This document shows, piece by piece, positions 26,104 to 39,857 of a stretch of 64,000 bases of DNA. Origin of the DNA: Podarcis vaucheri (lineage: Eukaryota). The position numbers and the translations under genes were made by a program. The notes beneath the pieces are model-generated. The model saw only the letters and a program-made list of their open reading frames with translations, did not search any database and was not told the origin of the DNA. The stretch is taken from NCBI GenBank assembly GCA_965113315.1, contig OZ220367.1; one strand, 5' to 3'. Numbering within the stretch: position 1 is the stretch's first letter; each line of letters starts with the position of its first letter.

Positions 26104-26362
26104 CCGTATTTTTCGCTCTATAAGACGCACCAGACCACAAGACGCACCTAGTTTTTGGAGGAGGAAAACAAGAAAAAAAAAATTCTGAATCTCAGAAGCC
26201 AGAACAGCAAGAGGGATCACTGCGCAGTGAAAGCAGCAATCCCTCTTGCTGTTCTGGCTTCTGTGATAGCTGTGCAGCCTGCATTCGCTCCATAAGATGC
26301 ACACACATTTCCCCTTACTTTTTAGGAGGGGAAAAGTGAGTCTTATAGAGCAAAAAGTACGG
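26104..26362. mobile_element. pogo/Tigger-type MITE with internal hairpin
   Basis: TA|CCGTATTTTTCGCTCTATAAGAC...GTCTTATAGAGCAAAAAGTACGG|TA; inner inverted repeat 26192-26263. Confidence 0.88.
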
Positions 26363-29300
26363 TACATTTCTTGGTCATGTGGAAGTAAGAAAATACCAGA
26401 AATCAGAGAGGGGGGGGGAGAGAGATCTTATTTGAATCACAGACTTGGAAGGGACCCCAAGTGTCATTTAGTCCAATGTCATGCAACAGAAGAATCTCAA
26501 CAAGTGGCCCCCATCCAATTTGGAATCATACCAGACCCTGTTATAGGAGAAACCCTTTTCCCACATCAGAGCTCGTCTGTTACTCGGGAGGAGAAGTCCC
26601 CAGACATGCTCTGCATATACTGTATATTGCAAAATTTCCACTGCAGAGATGACAAGTAATGGCACTCTCCCAGTGGTATTCTGTTCCCTCCGCCCACAAA
26701 AAGGAGTTCTATATTTAGACCTATTCCCAGCTTATAGTTTGAATTCAAACAGGCCCAAAGCTAAAACCGTTTCACATTGCAGCTAGTTGACGTAAGCACA
26801 CAGGTAGTCTCCCACTAAAATAGTGTTCTCTCTCTCTCTCTGGTCTTGATGGTAAACAATCAAACTAAAATTAGTGAGCCAGTATTTCTCAACCATTTTA
26901 AAACTCATGCCCACCCCTTTAGCTAATATAAAAATTCCATGCTGATGTGCAGATCATGTTCAGAAGCTGCATATGAGCTTCTCGCCTGCCAAAGTTCAAT
27001 TATTTTTTATTATTTTTTAATTAAATTTATATACCACCCTTCATCCAAGATCGCAGGATGTTTTACAACTTAAAACACACAATAAAACCACAAAATGCAT
27101 AACATAAGAACAAAAAATAGCAAACATAACACTTTATATTTTTATGATTGACTACTGCAATTTTTTACTTACATTATACATGTTTTTTTGGAAACACACA
27201 CCCAGCACCCCACCCCAACACATGGTTGATAATTACTGCAATAATAAGTTTCAGTCTGTTACAGGAGAAACCCAGGCACTGAAATTGGAGGAAAAAGGAA
27301 TTCAGTGCATCAAATGCATATTTCTCACTACATTTCTAGTGTACAGTTTCTTATCTGCCTAAGGACTTTTACTAACAGTGAAATTCAGTGCATTACTTCT
27401 ACTCAGAAGTAAGCTCCATTTAGTTCAATGGGACTGATTCCCAGGTAAGTGTTATAGGATTTCTGCTTTCATCATCTGGTAACTGCTTTGGGAGGGTAGG
27501 GGTAGAGGAATGCCCCACTGGTTTGTTTTGTTCCCCTATTTATTTATTTATATTGTTCATTCTGTATAAAGTTGCCTTCTCCAAACAGGACAGGATAAAA
27601 CACCCAAGCCAACAGAGTTCTAGTTTACCTAGGCTGCCACAACCCAGCATAACTTTGAAGAGAAAGAGACTGTTTCAGTGTTATCAAATTTGAAACAGAA
27701 CCCTGCACACACACACACACACACACACATGCCATGCACGAACACAGTACAGTGGCACCGTGACTGTGCACCAAACTCATTATGTGCTTCACTGCAGCGG
27801 ACTCAAACAGAGCAAATAACTTGCAGTTAATTGGCTATCCTGATTTTTTTTTTCCTTCCCTGATCGTGAATGTGTTCCAAGTCTCAGTTTTATTAGCAAT
27901 CTGAAGGCACTAAATGATTTCTGTAATTAAGACTTAGTCCATCTCTCATTTCCAAGACACTGCTTGCAACTGACATTCTAAATCATGCGCAGGATACCAA
28001 TGATTGGAAAGATAGGGGACAAGGTTTATTTCCCTGTTACCCTATAGGAAGTCTAATCCTGCCAGAGCAACGCATGGTTGTGGCAATAGGGCAAGGTGCA
28101 ATTTTTTAAAGCTATTGTCACAAAGTACCCTGAACCAAGAGAGATCCAGGGGGTGTGGATTCTGCACCATGGAAGGCTGGATTCTATAACTGTCAGATCT
28201 TGGCTCATTTTCTTAAGCCTCACAGAGTCCACGTGCAAGGGAAAGCTGGCTTGTGCCCCACAACTCAAGTATTACTGAAATTGTTCACTTCCAGAAACAG
28301 AGCAGCAGCGCGGAGTTAACGGGCAATTTTTGCAGACTCATCTGAGCTCTGCTACCCTCAGTCATGTCATGCTTAGTGTTTTATATGGCAAGACGCCATT
28401 AATCTGGATTCACATAAACAACCTATCAAATTTGACTACATGGCCTCACAGCGGGCAACTGAGGATAAGGAAAATGTGCCTCTGCTAAGCTAAACTCTCC
28501 CCACCCACAGCTCCGATGAGTGCCAAAAAGTTACTGCATCGCATTATTAGCTCAGCTCTAATGGACACAACGGTATGGATTTTCATAATATTGCTACCTA
28601 ACAGGAAAAGGACATTCACGTAATTCTGCACAGATCTGGAAGTGATCGAGTAAGGTTATGAAAAAGTATATGAATGCAAAAAGTTACTGTATTTCAATTC
28701 TGCTGTACAAGCTGCATGACTCACTTGTTCTGTTGCTACCCCATTGAGTTAATAGCCATCCTGGTACTTAAATTCACACAACCTGTGATCAGGCATTAAG
28801 CGTTCTCTCTGGCAGCATGCATCACCCTCCAGTTTACTGGAATGACCCTCTGATCCCACTGGAAAATGCTTTCTTTCTTCCAATTCTATTCAGTCAATGG
28901 AGACTTAAAAGTCAGGCCTTTATAAATAGAAAGCTTCTAATAAAAGGGAATGCGAAACATTCTGGTTGCAGCTTTCAATTGCAGAAGCATCTTTGTTCAC
29001 TGCAAAAACAAACAAACCCAAATCAAAAGAAGATTATTTTAGCAAATTTCATATTAAATGTTTTGGTTTTTTAAAAAATAGTCTTGAAGAACCTGCTTTT
29101 GGGTTCCAGTTTGTACACATCAACAAGAAGCACTGAGCAAGCCAGGAATGGGACACCTGTAGCCCTTCAGGTGAAAGTCAACAGCTTCCATTATCTCTGT
29201 CCTTTGACCACACTGGCTGTGGCTGATAGGATTTGACATCCAACATCTGGAGGGCCACAGATTCCTCGTTTAAGTCTTGGGACCTTGCCCAGCCTTGCCA

Positions 29301-30104
29301 GTGATAAAGGATAGGTTTGGGAGAGAGAGAAACAAAACAAAAAAAGCATGCCTGCCTCCTCTAGAGCCCTTTCTCCACTCCTACAAGATATTAGGAAGCC
29401 ATAAACATGGCTGACTTTTAATGAAATTTTAATGAAACATTACTCTCTTTTAATGAAATCTGAAGGGCATAAATGAGACAAAGATGCTAAAATTACAGAA
29501 TCCCAGCATCTGTGCTTGTTCTGTTTACTTGCTGAAAGAAGTCAGGGTACCGGTACTTTGAAACACTCCTGCTCACTACCCACATTATGAGAAAAGTAGC
29601 TTTGCCGTACACCACCGATTCCCTCAACTAGCTTCTCACCCTGCTTCTATTGCCTTCAAACTTTTGACATTATTTTCTCCCCTCCCTGTGTTTCAACTTG
29701 GAATGCTGTCTACAGCATAGGAATATTTTGTATAAACGCATCTGCCAGTCTCTTGCAAGCTGCCCAGAGGAGCAGTTTGGTCAAAAGGTGACATACAAAT
29801 TAAACAATAACCACTGCTGCTTTTCTTCTCTTGCAACAGTGGCGTGCTTTGGTTGAGCTTGGGAGTCAAAATGTATATGCACTTGGAGCACCAGTATGCT
29901 GCAGTGGATAGAGTGTTGGACTTGGGCCAGGGAGAGCCAGGGTGAGACCTTTACACCGCCATGAAGCTCACGGGACTCTCAGCCAAACCTTACATAGCTT
30001 CTCACTGCAGAGCCTGGGAAGGAGGCTGTACATACTTGAATTCTGACAAAGCAGAAAACTCACCTGTTTATCTTTCATCAGCCTCCATCGAGCCAAGGAG
30101 ATAA

Positions 30105-30275
30105 GTGGAATTTGCTGCCAAGGAGTGTGGTGGAGTCTCCTTCTTTGGAGGTCTTTAAGCAGAGGCTTGACAACCATATGTCAGGAGTGCTCTGATGGTG
30201 TTTCCTGCTTGGCAGGGGGTTGGACTTGATGGCCCTTGTGGTCTCTTCCAACTCTATGATTCTATGATTCTATGA
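30105..30275 (+). mobile_element. CR1 LINE 3' end
   Basis: GTGGAGTCTCCTTCTTTGGAGG...CAGGGGGTTGGACTTGATG...(ATTCTATG)n octamer tail. Confidence 0.85.
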
Positions 30276-30329
30276 ACTATACAACCTTTATAAGACACCT
30301 GAAGACAGCCCTCTATAGAGATGTTTTTA

Positions 30330-30830
30330 ATCATAGAGTTCAGAGGGACACCAAGGGTCCAACCCCCAGAAATGCAGGAACCTCAGCTAAAGCATCCATG
30401 ACATATGGCCATCCAACCTCCATTTAAAAACCTCCAAGGAAGGAGAGTCCACCACCTCTCATGGGAACTGCTGAACAGCTCTTACCGTCAGAAAGTTTTT
30501 CCGAATGTTCAGTCGGAATCTCCTTTCTTGCAACTTGAAGCCATTGGTTCAAGTCCTTCCCTCCAGAGCAGGAAAAAACAAGCATGCTCCCTCCTCCATG
30601 TGACAGCCCTTAAGATGGCTGACATATCTCCCTCAGTCTCCTCTTTTCCAGGCTAAACATACCCAGTTCCTTCAAACGCTCCTCATAAGGCTTAGTTTCC
30701 AGACCCTTGATCATATTGGTTGCCCTCCTCTGCACACATTCCAGGTTTCCAAAATCCATTAAATTGTGGTGCCCAGAATTGGACACAATATTCCAAGTGT
30801 AGTCTGACTAAGGCAGAATAGTGTGGTACC
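30330..30830 (-). mobile_element. CR1 LINE 3' fragment
   Basis: Minus-strand translation [18 protein letters not shown] is a CR1 ORF2 motif. Confidence 0.9.
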
Positions 30831-31101
30831 ATGTGGCTGGCACAAATTAAACAGGGTAAGCCTGTTCTACTATGGCAATACAATGATGGCAAAAGCTTCA
30901 CCTGTTGACATTCTATCTGCAGACATCTTATTACTTGTGTGTGGTCCCTGATTTACTTTTGGATCCTATATCTCACCCTAACAGCTTTTAATATCATGAA
31001 AGCAGGGGGAAATTGCAGAGGATAAACCTTTTAGGAACGATCCAAGTTCATCTGGATGAGCTTGAACTGAACTGGTTCCTCTTTGGACAGGATGAACTTC
31101 A

Positions 31102-31685
31102 TGTGGGATGTAAACACAGGAGCAGTCAATGACAACATTCCTAGAGTGTACATGTTAGAACATGGGGAGGGGTGTCTGTCCAGCAAGCAGGTAAACTTCC
31201 TGGGGACGGACTTCCTCCGCATGTGACCAGAGGTGGGTGTGGCCTCACCTGTGCAGGTAAAGACAAAAGCACAGGGCAGGCAGCCATCTCTCTCTCTCTG
31301 CCATCACCTTTCGAAGAAGCAGGATGCCCTCTTGGCTCTCAGCCAAGAGAGGAGAGGGCTATCTTCCTATAAGATAGATCCTAAGTGTATTTTACCTTTT
31401 TAAGCCTGTCTGCCATCTGGGATCATATTGTGAACAGATCGTGAGTAAACTCTTTTATACTTTTATAAAGACTGTGTTGTGTCTTGTATTTTAAGAGGGA
31501 ACAAAGGGGAAATTACCAGAGTAATTATTATAGAGGTTCTAGCGAACCTGTGCACACGTTACCGTTGCGAACTTAAAGGGGAATGTTTATAAACTCTGCT
31601 GATATTTTGGGAACTTGTTAGCACAAGTTGGACAAGGATATAATTAGTCAATATATCCTCTCCTGCACCCCAGAACATTCCCACA
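31102..31685 (+). mobile_element. Solo LTR (584 bp)
   Basis: TGTGGGATGT...ACATTCCCACA ends; 5-bp TSD CTTCA (31097-31101, 31686-31690); TATA-like CTATAAGA. Confidence 0.85.
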
Positions 31686-33232
31686 CTTCAGCTAAAACTA
31701 TTTCTTTTTTTAAATGAGCTTTCCAAGCATGGAGGCTCCTACAATCCTTAGTTATCACTTTGTGTGTTCTTTGCCTAAACAAAAGGCCTCAGCTACATTG
31801 GACCGTAAGAGAGGATTTTCCACAGCAACTATGGAAGAGCAAGAACTTTGTTTATATCAGCCTATGTATTATGATGCCACCAGATTCTTATCCGGCATTC
31901 ATTCAAGTGTTACTCCCTTGAATACCTGGAGAAAGAGAGAAAGGGCACCCATGCTCGGATGTGCTTTATTTAGGTTGAATAAGTAGAATGCAGTCCAGAG
32001 CTTCACCCTCTGAATGTCAATAGTACTGAGTACCAGCTCTGAATTTCAATGAGCCTTTCTGCCAAGTAAGGTACTATGCAGAGTGCTTCTATTAACAATG
32101 CAAACGTAGTTGCCACCGACCTCAGCCGATCCAGAACACCACCCAAAAGACAAATGAGATTATCAAAAGCCAGCCTAATGAGCATCCAAGATAAATATTC
32201 ATCGGAGCACAGAGCACAGTGCAACACCCACTGAGAAGAGAAGTGACTTTTTATTCTCTCTTTCCATTTAATAGCGTAACAGAAATACTATTGTGTGGTG
32301 TCAACTGATCAGATTACCATATTCTGCATGCTTGATCGCTTGCTAATGGGCAATGATGGTCGGTTGATGTTTCCAGGGTTAGCGGAAGGTGCTTGCCCAA
32401 TGACTTTTGAAGGCTAGATGATGTAACTTTAACAGCCACAGCAGCGGCATCATGGGGGAGGGGGCGCCCTGGATTTGGGCTGGTAAAAAATTGGAGCATA
32501 TGCTATTATAACACAGGGAACCCAATATCTTGCCTTTTCCTGGTCAACAGCATAGTATCCTCTGCATGCTGTAGCTCAGGCAGCTGACCCGGGACCAGGC
32601 CTCAAGATTCCCCAAAATGAAGGCCACACTCCTCAGCAGTGCACCTGCCTACAGCACCAGACAAGCCCCAACAATGAAATGGATACCACAACACCACAAG
32701 ACTGCTGGCATTCTCTCTGTGCTTTCCTCCATGCAACAGGATGTGTTTCATTCTAATAGCATGTCACACACATTTCCTCTCCCAGCCTTCACATCCTCTA
32801 AAGGTCTCCATCAATACGAGAAAACATTGGCAGACTGCCTCGGCTCCCCCTCAGGCAACGCCGCTGAGTTCAGTCAATATACAAAATCCTCTGACAAGGG
32901 AGAACACAGCGAGCAGCGAGCAAGCGGCTCCAAAGGCAAGAGGGATTCATCAGATAGCGAAAGTTGAAGCTCTTTCAGACTTTTTGCAAATCTTCTGTGT
33001 GTTTCCATTTATTAATGCCCTTTAAACAAGAAGCAAACTCCTCTAGAAGGTAGATATAAGAGACTCTCCAGAGCTGGAAGATACAGGAATGGAAGTAAGT
33101 GGGTTTAGAGAGAGAGCGAGAGAGCACGCATTACAACATTTTGGTACGGCTGGAAGCTGGTAGCCTGTTCGAAGTCCCATAGACCTCACTTCCTAATTAG
33201 AAAGCATCCTGAACTGGAAGAGAGCAATCCTT

Positions 33233-34373
33233 CTTTTTTTTTAAGAATAATTTTTTATTCCCACCAATTACATCAAATCAAACCAAATTACATAAATTCC
33301 AAATTACACAGCCGAATTTTAAATTTTTGTTGGGGGTACCCATATTTCAAGTTCCGAAGGGGATCCAATCAACTTCTTGCTTCTTGCTGCTGTTTTAATG
33401 TCCACAAATCTAACCATATGATGTTCACAGTACTATCCAGTCCTTTCTTATTGTTTTTCCACATCTCTTGTTGTTATTTTCATATATTTTTCCTTTCTCT
33501 TTGTGACCTCTGATAGTCTCCACAAGCTGGTTAAAACAGTTTGTAATCCTGCGTGGATTTTTTTTTTTTATCCAGTAGCCATATCCAGACGTTTTCCATA
33601 TAACATCACTTCCATACATCAAAACAGTCTTAGCGTCATTAATCTTCACCAATCTGCCTCCTTTCTCAAACCTTTGAGGAGATTCACCAGGAAAGCAGTC
33701 TGAAAACAAGTCCGTTCCTCCTCCCGGCTATAAATCCTTTGGCAAGATGGCGACTCTGAATCAATTGCTGCGCCATTCCAAAAGCTCTTATTCCTTCTCA
33801 ATCTCCATAAAGCATACTTTTGGTTAAAGTTTATCTCCACACAGACCTTAATCATCCTGCTTGGGTCAGTTAAACCGACGGTTCTAATGAGGAGGGGTTC
33901 TTGGTATAGAAGAAAAGTAAAAAAGGTTTCCCCCCCCCCATTCAGTCCCGTTGCCGACATACCCAGCCTTTGGTTTATCTTCATCGTAAAATATTCCTGT
34001 TGCTCCTACCCGTCGTCTTCTTTCACAGAGGTCCCTTAAATTAGCAGTCTTCACTCCCCTTCTTCACTTGAAATATGTGCATTTGCTTCTTTTGTAATTA
34101 ATTATTCCAAATTGCTGCAGCTAGTGCACTATCAGAGACAGCGTCCAGGAGAGCCGAGGTCCACACGGGGGCATTCTGCCTAGTGCCCTCACCGCCTTCT
34201 TTCGAATTTGGGGGTGATTTATGGGCACAGCAGGCAAGGGCAGTGTTCCCCATTCCCTTGGGGCAACAAGGAAGGCCGCCTACTCCCATAACAGCCTCTT
34301 AATTACCCCGTGTGGGTCGGAGAGATGGTATTGTCGGCCATCTTCCAATGCGCCCCTAGTCCCCCCCCCCCCC
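33233..34373 (-). mobile_element. Non-autonomous L1-derived (HAL1-like) element, about 1.14 kb
   Basis: 17-bp TSD GGAAGAGAGCAATCCTT (33216-33232, 34374-34390); 5' G-run plus YY1 motif AAGATGGCCG; broken ORF1-like frames; AATAAA plus poly(A); no ORF2. Confidence 0.8.
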
Positions 34374-35603
34374 GGAAGAGAGCAATCCTTGTCTCATTTC
34401 AAAATGGTAACAGCTAGTGGCTTTACGAGAAAGCCAAACACAGCCGAGAAATTGGGCTCTCAAAACTGCAACACTGACCCTCCAATTAGAAAGCTGCAAC
34501 TTGAGGGAATGATATACTGACCAATTGTATCTCAAGGTGTTTAAGATTTAAAGGAGAAACAATAAATATAGGTGAGAAAATGCAAGGAGGCAAGAAGCTT
34601 GTTTCCCGCTCCAGGATAACAGCACAACCACCAAAGTCATTGTTAAGGAAGCAAAGCCAACATTTGTTGCTTCACAGGACAAGCAGGATATGACAGACTG
34701 ACACTGAGCTGACAGTATTTTTTTTAAAAAAAATGAGAATTAAGCATAGCAAAAGAATAATGCATGTTCTTTTCCCCTTTGATATAAAATGACGCAAATT
34801 CTAACCACTTAACGCTTCCAGTGCACCAAAAAAGGGTCATTGGCTTATGAAAAGTTGTGGCTCATTTCACTTACCATATTTTAATGGAAATAAAACTATA
34901 AAAAAATTTAAAAGCAAAGAAGATATTTTTTTAAAAAAATCTGAATGCACTGGTGTACATGCAGAAAGAGGCTACTCTTTTGGGTAGAACTGAGGTCATA
35001 TTTGGAAATTAAAGTGAAATAAAAGGGAAACAGAGGGAAGTACAGCGATCGTTGTAGTACAATTCATATATGTGCAAAGAACAAAGGAAATTTATTTTGA
35101 CTAGAACTGTTGCAGCTCTGCTTATATGTGGTCATCAGCTGCAGTTTCACAATGGCCAGCCTACAGAAAGAGTACTTCTTTAAACTTTAGAAGAAGCAAG
35201 TTTTTAGGAAAGCAGCACAAGAGAACCCACTCATTACATTAAAAGTACATTGGGGGGTGCATTTTTTGTGTTTTCTCTCCTTCCTCCCTCCCCTCCCCTG
35301 CCTCCCCTGACTGAAACCTTCCCAGCCTGATGTCCTCCAGAAGTTTTTGGGCTACAATTCCCACCATTCCCAAGTATTGGCCATGCTGGCTGGGGCTGCT
35401 GAAAGCTGGAGTTCAAAACATCTGCAAGGTGCCCGTTTGCTGAAGATGGTGCTAAATACACAACATTGCCATTTCCATGCTCTGTTTTCCTAGAGCTTTC
35501 TAGCTAATGGAATTGGCAATGGTAAGTAGAGATGGGAGAGAAATTGGGTTTGGTTTGGATTCTAATGCAAACCCATCTAATTTGCACTTCTTGCAACAAG
35601 ACA

Positions 35604-36152
35604 TGTTAAGTACAGTATAGTGATTTAATTCAGTGAAATTGGACGGTAACTGAATTCTAGAGAGTTCTCTAGTAGTTCTCATGGGATTGGCTAGCGTTGC
35701 TCACATGGGAGGTATCTAGCAAAGGAGAGACTCCGTTTTATGTGATGCAAGATGACTGTGTTTTAGAATCCACTGTGAGCACTGAGTTGAACAGAGTGTT
35801 GGACTGCTTCTTCGCTGCTTGAAAGAAAGAGAGCAGACCGCAGGAGAATAGAAAAGTGGAAATCTCTCATAGGAGCTGCAAGGCATGGCCTATTTGAGAT
35901 ACAGAAACCTGAGTGCTGAGCTCTGGAAAGAGGAAAATATAGTTGTTTGGAAGTTAGAAGAAGAGACTGTAAACCCATGCTTGGAGAAGCATGTGACTGT
36001 AAATATTATGTTTTAATTCATCTATAAGTTTCTGCAAGTAAAGTTTTTGAATGCTAAAGTCTGGACATTGGTTTAATTTCCAAAGAAGGGTGTCAGTCAC
36101 ACATATATGATTTGGGCTTCTTTGCTGCTATTTCACTGCTATTACTTCAACA
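35604..36152 (+). mobile_element. Solo LTR (549 bp) nested in a DNA-type repeat
   Basis: TGTTAAGTA...TACTTCAACA ends; 5-bp TSD AGACA (35599-35603, 36153-36157). Confidence 0.85.
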
Positions 36153-37481
36153 AGACAGAAACCAAAACACAGCTATCCTTCAAAAGTCACACTGCTCCCA
36201 CTGTTGTGATGCAGTTTGCCAACCAAAAAATGTCTGCAGAAATGTGTATGTCTTTAAAAATGTCTGTTTTAGTGAAAATAATAAGCCAAACACATAATGT
36301 TAGAGAAAATTGCTTGCGACCTATAGATAAATCAAAATTGCAAGCTAAAATACTGGCAATTTATTATTATTATTTTAAAATAATCACAAACTGATGGGGA
36401 AGTGTGGCAGACTGAACAAAATGAGAAACTGAAATTGATTGTTTCATTCATTCCCTTGTGCCAAGTGGGGTGGCGGAAGAGGCACACAGATCATGAGTCT
36501 GCGGAGGTAGAAAAGTAGAACAAACAAAAAAAAGTACTGAGCAAGTAAAGGAGAATACCAAAGCAGTAGTAATGGAAAACATAATACTATTATCTGCTGA
36601 TTTTAAATAATAATATTGGATTTGTTGTCATGGAAATGTTTTGGTATGGTGTTATTAAAGTATTAATGTACTGTTGATATTATGACTTTGTGAGTCATTT
36701 TACCCAATTGTTTACAAGGAAGTAAATTTGCAACAGGCATTCAAGGGACCGGACCAATAAACAGAAAGGCAATGAGATGACTGACCAAGCACGAGACATC
36801 ATTTCTAATAGATATGAGAAATGCAAACTTAACTGTAATACAACTGAATATTTTTGAATACTTATGAGGTTATCTCTATTGGCATTTTGGTTATTTGGCA
36901 TCAATGCACAGTCTCACTGCTTCATAAGAATGTAAGACCCTAATAAGAGCCTGCTGGATCAGGCCAATGGCCCAGGATCCAACCCCAGGAACACTCTCTC
37001 CCCTCCTGTGGTCTCCAACAACTGGTATTCAGAAGTTCTGCTGCCTCCAACTCGTGTCCTTTGGCCCCTTTCCCTATCCACTTCCTTGTTACAGAGCTTC
37101 TGGTTTAAAACATACCAGCTGAGCAGATGCTCAGAGTGACAACTCTTCTGAGAGAGGTGAGGAAGGAGCTGAAGACCATGCGATAACAAGGTAAAAGAAA
37201 ATGGCCATGTACCAAGAGCAGCAGAGTTCCAGCACCTAATGAGATCTGAAGGGAGATGAGCTCAAGCTCTAAGGAACTTGGCAACACACCTTCTCCACTA
37301 TCAAAGATGTAGAATAATTAGCAAAGTTTAGTCTGGAAAGTAAGCTGGAAGACAAAAGAATACGGCAATAGGAGCACTGAGCCTCTCCCATAAAATAGCC
37401 ACACGTAAGCATCCCAGAGATGAGGAACCTAGGGGCCAGTGCAGCTCTCTGGGCTTCTCATATCTGGTCCTTGAGACACTT

Positions 37482-37612
37482 AGAATCATAGAGCCTGATG
37501 ATCATCTAAGTCCAACCCCCTGCAATGTAGGAATATGCTGCTGTCCCATATGGGGATAGAACCTGCAACCTTGGTATTATCAGCACCACATTCTAACCAA
37601 CTGAGCTATCCA
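37482..37612 (-). mobile_element. tRNA-Ile-derived SINE with CR1-type tail
   Basis: Minus strand GGATAGCTCAGTTGGTTAGAATGTGGTGCTGATAATACCAAGGTTGCAGGTTC matches tRNA-Ile, then CATTGCAGGGGGTTGGACT. Confidence 0.78.
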
Positions 37613-37697
37613 GTCTTCCCAGGGTACACACCCTTCTAAGATACACCACTCACCAGCTGCACTTCTCAGCCTCCTTGGGTGCTTTTGCCTGGCTGGT

Positions 37698-38330
37698 CAA
37701 GAATTCTTGTGGCGAGGAAGTGGAAAAACGAAACAATACTGACAATCACAGATTGGCAGATACTCATGTTAGAATATTTACAGCTAGCAAAACTGACGGG
37801 AAGAGTTAGAGGAGTATTGAACCAGAAAATATTTGGAGAATGGAGAATATTTAAGGATTAAATAAGATCATATTGTACCAACCACACCATATTAGCAGAA
37901 CTTGAGTGATACTTGTAAACACAACAAATACCGTTTGTGGAGTAAGGTAAAGGTAAAGGAACCCCTGACCATTAGGTCCTGTCGTGGCCAACTCTGGGGT
38001 TGCGGCGCTCATCTCGCAGTAGACAGGAACAATATTAAAGAATATAAAACTGTGCGGGGGAAAACAATGACAGTATAAACAGTACAATGAGAATGATTGG
38101 AAGACTCGTTTTGTCAGAAATCTTTTTTATTTAAGTGTTTATTTAAGTATTAATTAGGAAGATTAAGTTTTTTTATGCACGTAAATCTGCTTTTTCTTCT
38201 TTCTTTTTTCTGTATTTTCTTCTTTTCTTTTTTCTTTACTTTTCTTTTTGTAGTATGAGATTGTAAATTCTTTGAAAATTCTTTGTATATGTGTTTATTT
38301 AAATTAATAAAGATTATTAAAAAAAAAAAA
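37698..38330 (+). mobile_element. L1 3' fragment (ORF2 C-terminus, 3' UTR, poly(A)) with nested Sauria SINE piece (37941-38017)
   Basis: RILVARKWK...EYLQLAKLTGRVR is homologous to the C-terminus of the ORF2 at 10969; AATAAA then A12. Confidence 0.85.
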
Positions 38331-38799
38331 GAAATAAGACCTTGAACTCTGGCAGCTCTTCTTGCTTGCTGGGATGGAGGGCAGAGACGGGGGGGAGTGG
38401 GGGGGAACTAACCTACTCTGGATAGGTAAAATCCACTTTCCCCCCCCTCTGTCCACTTTTGCCTCTGGCTCCACCCACCATCGTCATGTGGCCCTCTAAT
38501 TTTTCCAACCCTCGCCGTGCACAAGCCATACAGAGACCCAACCTACTGTTGCAACTGTAATTTGTTTTAAGCAGTTTCTAAAGTTGCCATTTACAGAAAA
38601 ATTGTGGCAACCTGCCCCAGGACCTTATAATGAATGGCAGTGGGAAAGGAGGAGCAAATGGAGCATACAGCTGAATGGTCAAATTGGTGTCCGTTTTGTG
38701 AAAATACTGTAAGTCGCCCCATGCACTGCGTGGCAAGGCTGATGTTTTGTCACACAGAAGCAGCCTCCATGCTAGGGCCAGTTCCAAGCTGGAGAAGAT

Positions 38800-39857
38800 G
38801 CCCAGAGTTTTGGGCTGGGTTGCCATCAGTATGCCGATGACACCCAACTCTATCTGTTGATCGATGGCCATCCTGACTCGGCCCCAGACACACTGACCAG
38901 ATGTCTGGAAGCTGTGGCTGGATGGTTACATGGGAGCCGGTTGAAGTTAAATCCTTTGAAGACAGAGGTCCTCTGGCTGGGACGGGACGATATGGGATTG
39001 AGGGGGCAACTCCCATCTCTTGCGGGGGCACAATTAGTGCCAGCACTGTCCATTAAGAGTTTGGGTGTAATCTTCGATACCTCCCTCTCTGTGGAGGCGC
39101 AGATTACAGCTATAACAAAGGCAACATTTTTTCATCTCCGCCAAGCTAAGCAGTTAGCTCCTTATCTCTCTCGCCCTGACCTAGCCACTGTGATCCACGC
39201 GACAGTCACCTCCAGACTGGATTACTGTAACTCGCTCTACATGGGGCTGCCTTTGAGACTGACCCAGAAACTCCAGCGGGTGCAGAATGCCACGGCGAGA
39301 CTCCTTATGGGGTCTTCGCTGTGAGATCACATTCATCCGGTACTATACCAGCTGCACTGGCTCCCAGTGGAGTACAGGACCAGGTTTAAGGTGCTGGTTT
39401 TAACCTTTAAAGCCCTATAAGGCCTAGGACCCTCGTACCTACGGGCCTCTCCTGGTATGTCCGACAGAGGAACCTATGGTCTGCAAATAAAAACATCCTG
39501 AAGGTCCCAGGCCACAGAGAGGTTAGGCTGGCCTCAACTAGAGCCAGGGCTTTCTCGGCTGCAGCTCCAATCTGGTGGAACGCTCTCACAAGAGACTAGG
39601 GCCCTGCGGGACCTGACATCTTTCCGCAGGGCCTGCAAGACAGAGCTGTTCCACCAGGCCTTTGGTCAGGGCGCAGCCTGACTCCCTCCTCTGGCAATCT
39701 GCACAGAATTTTGCTTAATGGTTGCCATCAATTTGATTTTAATTAATTTTTTATAATGAAATGTTTTTAGAATGTTGGATTATTTGATTGTTGTTAGCTG
39801 CCCTGAGCCCGGCTTCGGCTGGGGAGGGCGGGATATAAATAAAATTTATTATTATTA
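38800..39857 (+). mobile_element. L2 (CR1/L2 clade) LINE 3' fragment
   Basis: HQYADDTQLY, LKLNPLKTE, SRLDYCNSL, LQRVQN motifs; (ATT)n tail. Confidence 0.92.
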
